From: Octopus bimaculoides
Lineage: Eukaryota
Reading direction: 5' to 3'
Length of the DNA stretch: 64,000 bases
NCBI RefSeq assembly: GCF_001194135.2
Contig: NC_068990.1
Location: 14,977,296 to 15,041,295, forward strand
The notes under the pieces were generated by a model. It was given only the letters and a program-made list of their open reading frames with translations. It made no database searches and had not been told where the DNA came from. Within the stretch, counting starts at the first letter, position 1; the number at the start of each line of letters is the position of its first letter. Shown here piece by piece: positions 1-64,000 of the stretch. The translations under genes and the position numbers were made by a program.

Positions 1-1310
1 CAAATAGTTTATCTGTTTTATGATCAAACTGGCTAGATCCAGCCTCTCACATCTGGTTAACATCACCGAAATCTCAAAGCTACAAGACAATGCATGATTA
101 ATTTAAAACAATGTGAATAAATAAGCATTACATTTGACAGAATAATTTGAATGCTAATGGATTAAATTAAGAATACCAACAAATATCATCATATATAAAT
201 GATGTTCAGAGAGGGAAGCATCTTTTATGGGTATAGGAACATAAGAAACAGCCACTGAATGGTTAGCACACAAATCAAATGGAGTGGTGAGACTTTTGGA
301 AAGTGATGGATGGAAATATATGACACACAAGGTGAATGAAGATTTCTTACAGCAACAGAGAAATATCCTATCAGTGTAATGCTCATGGTTATATGTAGGA
401 AATTGCAAATAGAACTTTTAAGTATAAAAAATATGAAGAAACTATTTTGATATGTAATGACTCTCCTCTATCAATGATATCTAAATGATTCAGATGAAGC
501 AGTTTTCCAGTAAGAAGGTTTTGTATATCATGCAGCAAAATCCAATATCAGAGCTGTTGAAAGACCATAAAATAGATATTTTTTGATGGTTTGGAAACAG
601 CCCTGAACTTAATGAGATATGGTCCAAAATCAAATATCTGTTTCCAAACTGAGCAACAGAACTCGATTCACTAAGCCAAATCTCAATGCCTGGTTTAGAG
701 TCATACATCCTGGAGATTGAAGAAAATTATTGCTTCTATATCAAAAAGAACTGATGCACCAATCAAAGCATCATGTTATCCTACTAAATATCATTAAAAT
801 TGCCATGTGCTTCAAGTAAATAAATTACTTCACCTCATGTAATGTTTCATATACCTCTCTTTTAGATAGATATACATATGTGTTTTAGTGAATCTAAATC
901 TCAAACTGATCATACTCAGTTAAAGTACAACCTAAATTTTTGAAGCTGCATTTGTTAGAATAAAATATCATTTGAAGGAGATTAGATTAAAAAATTGGGT
1001 TAAAAAAAAATTTACAAAACCAACAAGCAACAAGTATATTGCCTGTTTACAAAATTTTCAACAGTTTAGCCAGATTTTATTTTGTCGTATTTTTATTGTT
1101 TCTTCAAAATAATTTGTATAATCTGTTGAGTGAAGCAATCAGATAGAGCCTGATATGCTGTATCTCAGCACTAATTGAATCCAAATATATTAAAAACTTG
1201 ACAATAAGTGATGGAAAAACAGTTCATTATAAAAATATCTCTACCTCTTTCACTGTAGTAATATTTTATCATCAAAACCTACCTTATCTCTCATTCTGTT
1301 GTATATCTAG

Positions 1311-63598
<62,288 letters not shown>

Positions 63599-64000
63599 GT
63601 ATGTAGTTTACAATTTTCACAATTGTAATATCAGTACAGTTTGATTTTACATAAAGACAAGGGAATAGCATAAAAGCATTTATTTATGTCATGCGAGCCC
63701 TCTCTACTCGCTGGCGGTACCTACCCACCACCACTACCCATTTTCCTTTATTCAAAAATTCTTATCGCTCCTTAAAATTATGGCTTTTAAGTGTTGATTT
63801 CTCAGCCCAAGAATTACAGCGTGATGTGCTGCTTGACTGGTCCCCCCCCTCTCTCTCTCTCTCTCTCTCTTTATATATATATATGATGATGATGATGATG
63901 ATCTTTTCTCCCGCCATGCCTCTGTCTACCCCTCCATCCTCTCTCTCTCCCCTTCGTAGTTTTTCCTTTAAGGTCTTCAGGTTCTGGCTATATATAAATG

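Noticed and set aside
154-708. Two minus-strand ORFs as a gene or transposase
   Set aside because: No recognisable motif or splice pattern; probably decayed repeat in the intron before A1.

Overview
AT-rich eukaryotic genomic DNA with dense microsatellites, SINE/LINE fragments and N gaps. The repeat families resemble those of a coleoid cephalopod such as Octopus; this is an inference, not a database result. The whole window lies inside one large + strand multi-exon gene with no start or stop codon visible. I reconstructed 75 exons from their splice sites, and two more are predicted inside assembly gaps. Together they encode about 3,450 aa: 23 tandem copies of a 134-aa, Cys-bounded, divergent discoidin (F5/8 type C)-like domain separated by Thr-rich linkers. 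Nine type-A copies (1.3-25.4 kb) use a 266-nt N-exon, a 136-nt C-exon and two Thr/Pro linker microexons (54-72 and 45 nt). Fourteen type-B copies (25.8-63.6 kb) use a 251-nt N-exon, a 151-nt C-exon and one 33-nt linker microexon. The two subtypes differ in internal intron position and in an extra conserved Cys. All modules are phase 1-1 symmetric. Introns carry RTE, CR1-like and RLE-type LINE fragments, a mariner relic, MITEs, tRNA-type SINEs and Penelope-type minimal hammerhead ribozyme motifs. The repeated ORFs in the supplied track are single exons of this gene, not separate genes.
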